The position numbers and the translations under genes were made by a program. The notes under the pieces are model-generated. The model made no database searches, was not told where the DNA came from, and saw nothing but the letters and a program-made list of their open reading frames with translations. Shown here in pieces: positions 47,951 through 52,510 of a stretch of 52,510 nt of DNA. How positions within the stretch are numbered: position 1 is the first letter of the stretch; each line of letters starts with the position of its first letter. The stretch is from Octopus sinensis (Eukaryota). The DNA lies in assembly GCF_006345805.1 (NCBI RefSeq), contig NW_021832540.1:1-52510 (forward strand), written 5' to 3'.

Positions 47951-49500
47951 CTATGACATTCAATTACAAAATGTATGGTACGTAGTATAGCAGTCTGGAA
48001 ATATTGCAATCTCTCTCCTCCCTCTCCAGCGAACAATACAAAATGCTGGTGAGCCAACAATCTATCAAGCTGCCATGTCTATGTAGTGTACAAGAACAAC
48101 ACTTTCAGATACTAATTTTCCATATGGAATCAGTTGGGCATGCATTCTCTCCTACAAGTTTTCAATCTCTTCCTATTCAACCTCAATACACATAGTCAAC
48201 TTCATATGCACACTAACATAAACACTCACATCTTCCCAGGACTTTACAGACAGTGCTGCCAAATTAACACAGTTCTACTTAAATTAGTAAGAAACATGCC
48301 CCTAAATAGATTGAAAGTAAAGCAACATCTATCAACCCCACATTTTTTGCCAACAACACTGGAGAGTATAAAATACAGTCACTTATAAAACACGTACACA
48401 CACAACACACACACAAAATATTACGGTTCTTTGAACTGTGACAAAGACAAATTATTGGTTGAAATGGATATAATTATTAGATAGTCTGATACAGGAAAGA
48501 TGGTTGCTGAGATGCCAGACTTCAGTATTGTAAACGTCAGACCTCTACACCAATACAACTCCATATTTGTTGGCTCCTTTGACAATAGTGCAGTGTCAAA
48601 GTTGTCAATGGTAAGGTGCAATGAGCTCCATCAGAATAATATTGATATATCTCAACTCCTAGTTTCAAAAGCAATCTTAAGAAAGCTGGTACATACTGAT
48701 TGATAGATTCAACAATTTTGAATTGACCAAGAGCTCTCTTAGTGCTAATATTTTGCATAATAAAATTGATATTGAATAGACTAGTTTTCCACTTCAGAAC
48801 CAAAGAATATTTCATCTCATCAACTTCAAAAACCTGCTATTAAGCTCAGGTGAAACCCAAAATATATGTAATTCTCATATATGGGATGTTATAGTTGCTA
48901 CACACACAGATATCCTGAAACATATGAAAAAATATCCACGTGACTGATTAACTAGAAGGTATTCAATGAACGTCTAATCCAGAGACATGCAGACTTTTCT
49001 CTCTCACTCTCTCTCTCTCTCTCTCTCTCTGCCTTCTTACCATTATTGAAGTGGCCTTTTTTTCTCATGGCCAGGTGCTCTTGTGGCACCTCTAGATCAT
49101 TTCGCCTCTTCCGTCACACATCTCACGTCCCTTTTAAGCCTTGCTATAAACATTACGCCCACTTTCCCTTCCTAGAACATTCACTTTCTAAAATTCTCTC
49201 ACTGCATAGAGAAATGCTAATTGTCTCATTCTCATGAATCTCAGAAAGCCTGGTGAATTCACGTAAATTCAATGAAAGAAAATTACCTTAATTAAATATA
49301 AAACATAGCACACTACACAGATAACAAAGTGTAAATTTGTATTATTTCTTAATGTTAGTCAGAAGAATTACAGATAAGAGATTTTCAACAAGTATAGCTA
49401 AGTAACTCTTATCTTGTAACGAAGCACGGATGATATGTAATTAAAAAGTAGCAAATGTGTTCTTGTTCTAATCTGATACATACATACATACATACATACA

Positions 49501-49536
<36 letters not shown>

Positions 49537-49559
49537 CATATATATATATATATATACAC

Positions 49560-49740
49560 GTGCTCTTTCAAAGGTATCGACACCCTCCTTAACCTGTCTC
49601 CTCCATCTGTGGCGATGACAGGCATTGCTCACCCAGTCGGTCTCCTGCATATCACAAGCCTTTAATGAGGACTTGACAGTCCTTAAATCGCAGCCTTGGT
49701 TTCTGTCAGGGTCTCTTTCCACTAACAAGTTCTCCATATA
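49560..49740 (-). mobile_element. RTE LINE 3' end relic followed by (TATG)n
   Basis: VKSSLKACDMQETDWVSNACHRHRWRRQVKEGV parallels the C-terminus of the 12277 ORF. Confidence 0.6.
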
Positions 49741-50011
49741 ACCTCTCTTTTGAAAGGGTACGTATTCTTCATGAAGAATTTAAACACGCTGCTCAAAAGC
49801 GTATTGCTAGCGTAGTGAATGGGGAAAGGTTGGTTTGAAATGTTTGCAGTCATATATACTTACAAGAGCAAGGCTCTTGTGCCACCAACGAACTGTAAAT
49901 GCAAAATAAAAGTTTGCCCTAGAGCGCACAATGTTCCTGAAGGTCAACAATGATCTTCCTTGGTCACGAACAGATGGCAATCATTTATAAATATATATAT
50001 ATATATATTAT

Positions 50012-50935
50012 ATATTTATCTGGTTTGTAATACCTTTCGGAAAACAAATTAAATCGAACCTTCCCTTACAGTTCCGTGAAGCCGTTGCTAGGAACTTTCC
50101 CAGAAATTCTAGATATCATTCTATTATCAATTCCCACAAGGTCAGAATAGCTTTCTCTAACACTAGGAATCTTTCACAAATTATATCTTCTCACAATAAC
50201 AAGCTGTTAAACAAAGATTCTTCACCCGGGAGTTCCAACACTAATCTTGCCAATTCCAACCCATTATACAATCATAATAATAGGAATAGTATTAATAGTA
50301 GCAGCGAAAGTGTTAACAATGATAATATTAATAATAGTATTAGTCGTGTTAATAACAATGGTAGTGTTGATGGTAACAACAATAACGGTATTATTGTCGG
50401 TGGTATTACTGGTTGTAATGCCATTAATAATACTACTAATAATAGAAATAGTGTAGTTGTTAGCGCTAATAATAATGGTAACAACAATCATAACAATAAA
50501 AACTTCGTCTCGATCTCGGAGGACAACACCAACAGAATTAAATTTTTGTCTAGTAATTCTAAGATTAAGAATTCTATTTACCAGTGTAGAATTTCTTCTG
50601 GTACCGATGTCTTCTTCTATATAGGAGCGTCCACTTCCCAGTTATCCAAAAGAATTTCAAACCACTACTCAACATTCAGGGATAGTAAAAAACGACATAG
50701 CACAGGGCTAAGTAAATTAGTTTGGCGTCTCAAAGACAACAATATAATTTTCAAGTTAGATTGGTTCATACTGTCTGTATCCTTTCCTTTTGATAAGGGC
50801 AGGAGATTTTGTAACATTTGTAACTCTGAACTCTTCCATATTATTTTCTCTAAGGTTCCCCTAGTAAACACACTCATAGAAAAATCGTACAAATGTAAAC
50901 ATTGGCAGAAACACACTTTCTACTCATATAAATGA
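50012..50935 (+). CDS. PLE ORF C-terminus (about 307 aa, no start codon): thumb region, Asn-rich linker, GIY-YIG endonuclease
   Basis: Read codon by codon with no stop from 50012 to TGA at 50933-50935: IWFVIPFGKQIKSN...FPRN...HNNKLL, N-rich tract, SIYQC...FYIGAST...KRISNH...STGLSKLVW.LK...CNICNSE...CKH. The ORF track shows only 50546-50935 because no ATG/GTG/TTG occurs earlier. Confidence 0.85.
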   Translation: MFIWFVIPFGKQIKSNLPLQFREAVARNFPRNSRYHSIINSHKVRIAFSNTRNLSQIISSHNNKLLNKDSSPGSSNTNLANSNPLYNHNNRNSINSSSESVNNDNINNSISRVNNNGSVDGNNNNGIIVGGITGCNAINNTTNNRNSVVVSANNNGNNNHNNKNFVSISEDNTNRIKFLSSNSKIKNSIYQCRISSGTDVFFYIGASTSQLSKRISNHYSTFRDSKKRHSTGLSKLVWRLKDNNIIFKLDWFILSVSFPFDKGRRFCNICNSELFHIIFSKVPLVNTLIEKSYKCKHWQKHTFYSYK

Positions 50936-51410
50936 TAACGATAGTCACTGTGGTTTGAACAATTAGCTTTACGTCCACCCTACTGCTATAGAGAAATTCT
51001 TTCCTAAGCCTTCGAACATTCTTTCAATCAATGTACCCTTCCCTCTCCAATTGTTCCCTACGTATTATTCATTTATACCTTCTCTTCCTACTATCTATCT
51101 CTGACGTCTGTCTCTCTCTCTCACACACACACAATCACACACAGAGACACAAATGCAGTTATACACACACACATACACACACACACAAACACACGCACTC
51201 ATTAACACAAGCACACACCCACACATTTCCATGCATACAGCAAACATACTGTTCCCTAACTACCACTACTTTATCCCTTCTCTTCCTACTATCTATTTTT
51301 GACGTCTATTCTTCTAACGGTTTAAAAAAAAAAAAAACACTCATTATCGCTTTGTTTACCATGTAGGCAATCATCGAAATTTTTGTTTGTCTTGTTGTCG
51401 AGAGAGGCTC

Positions 51411-51503
51411 CCTTTCTTTCCTGATGAGAAGATTGCATAATGCACCCTTTATTCCTTCGGAATGAAAATATGCTGTCTTCGAAACATGTGTCGAGAGTAA
51501 AGG
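51411..51503 (+). ncRNA. Type I hammerhead ribozyme, canonical core
   Basis: Stem I CCTTTCTTTC/GAGAGTAAAGG; CTGATGA at 51421-51427; stem II GAAGATTGCATA/TATGCTGTCTTC with an inner cUUCGg-capped hairpin; GAAAC at 51481; loop ATGT (palindrome ACATGT); GTC with predicted cleavage after 51492. Confidence 0.85.
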
Positions 51504-51699
51504 AATTTTGTTAACAACTTCGTTCGACTCCATTCTTTCATTTATTCATATACAACACACAAATTTCTACACATGAACCCGGAGTTTCTACCCTTGACAG
51601 GTCGCTTCAACCGTGTTTTCTGACGGAAATTTGCTACCCAGGTTTCGGTTTAACGAATTTTCCATGCTGACGATAAACATAGGATAATTCATTCCCCTA

Positions 51700-51744
<45 letters not shown>

Positions 51745-51746
<2 letters not shown>

Positions 51747-52510
51747 TAGCAGTATCGCCCGGCGTTGCTCGGGTTTGTAAGGGAAATAACTATATAAGCA
51801 TTTTTAGTGAGTTATAGCAAAAAAATAGCAAAAAAATGCATTAAAAATGGAATAAAAAATGATGGTAATTTTGGTGTCTTCAAGCCATGAAGTCGTTGTT
51901 CTAAAAGAACGCTGGTCTCCTTGACAATGCTTTACGACGTTGATTTCCTTAAACTCCCTTCCCCACAGCTTCACGAGGGAGGGAAGAAGGGGGAGAAGCA
52001 ACACAGGTGCAGGTGTGACCATGGACGCCAACTCCGCCGCCATCGACACACGAAAAAATATGCGTTAAAATGGAAAAAAATGATATTAAATTATTTTTAA
52101 AATCGTAGACTCATCGTAGACGCGCGCTAATACCCAGACGGGCTCGATATGAATCACGACTATAAGATACCCGAATTTGGTTAAACTGCACCGCAAAATG
52201 TGGGAGTAGTTAGGAATCTAAATCGTAGGAGACAGACACTCACACAACTACAGTTTTATATATATAGACTAGCAGTTTCGCCCGGCGTTGCTCGGGTTTG
52301 TAAGGGAAATAACTATATAAGCATTTTTAGAGAGTTACTTCCTTTATAGATGCCAATTCGGGCTTTCTTAGCCATTTCTGTTTTGGTGTCTTCAAGCCAT
52401 GAAGTCGTTGTTCTAAAAGAACGCTGGTCTCCTTGACAACGCATTACGACGTTGATTTCCTTAAAATCCCTTCCCCACAACTTCACGAGGGAGGGAAGAA
52501 GGGGGAGAAG
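51745..52510 (+). mobile_element. Head-to-tail tandem of a non-autonomous Helitron-like element (523-bp first unit; second runs off the window)
   Basis: actagcagt(a/t)tcgcccggcgttgctcgggtttgtaaggg occurs at 51745 and 52268. Subterminal hairpin cccg/cggg; 3' end gacagac...ttttatatatatag; inserted in (TA)n. The classification is by resemblance only. Confidence 0.55.

Larger units (their letters stand above)
50012..51535 (+). mobile_element. 5'-truncated Penelope-like element (Naiad-like) with an open GIY-YIG frame and a 3' hammerhead
   Basis: Open frame 50012-50935, 3' UTR with microsatellites, hammerhead at 51411-51503. The end is shared with the copy ending at about 15485. Confidence 0.85.

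Noticed and set aside
48421-48835. Minus-strand ORF 48537-48815 preceded by an AG, considered as an upstream TRPM exon
   Set aside because: There is no similarity to TRPM N-termini or any motif I recognise, and no convincing in-frame donor.
50012-51000. Selenoprotein/SECIS, as reported for some Naiad PLEs
   Set aside because: There is no in-frame TGA in the open frame and no recognisable SECIS. The TGA in the decayed copy (about 15040) aligns to Lys, not Cys.

Overview
This is eukaryotic, AT-rich, microsatellite-dense genomic DNA, most likely from an octopus or other coleoid cephalopod (inferred from the SINE/LINE families; not verifiable here). The only host gene I can support is a TRPM-family cation channel on the minus strand. 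Five GT-AG exons (30424-30340, 26986-26806, 19777-19623, 8879-8705, 2133-2024) splice with matching phases into about 235 aa of the N-terminal MHR1/2 (SLOG) region. The gene continues beyond position 1, and I could not locate its 5' exons. Almost everything else is transposon-derived: RTE LINEs (one with an open RT), R4/Dong-type RLE LINE fragments, Penelope-like elements (PLEs) with GIY-YIG endonucleases, tRNA-derived SINEs, MITEs, a Tc1/mariner relic, a Helitron-like tandem pair and long microsatellites. One tRNA-Gln(TTG) gene is present. The observations most worth following up: (1) several type I hammerhead ribozyme folds, including a family of about 550-nt tandem/inverted units that look retrozyme-like; (2) a full tRNA-Gln joined, with no Pol III terminator, to a hairpin minisatellite and an RTE 3' tail, resembling a nascent SINE; (3) a tRNA-like Pol III head placed just upstream of a hammerhead at a PLE 3' end; (4) Gly-to-Asp/Glu (GGN to GAN) changes in the TRPM SLOG loops that A-to-I editing could reverse. 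All RNA folds were derived by eye and not computed.
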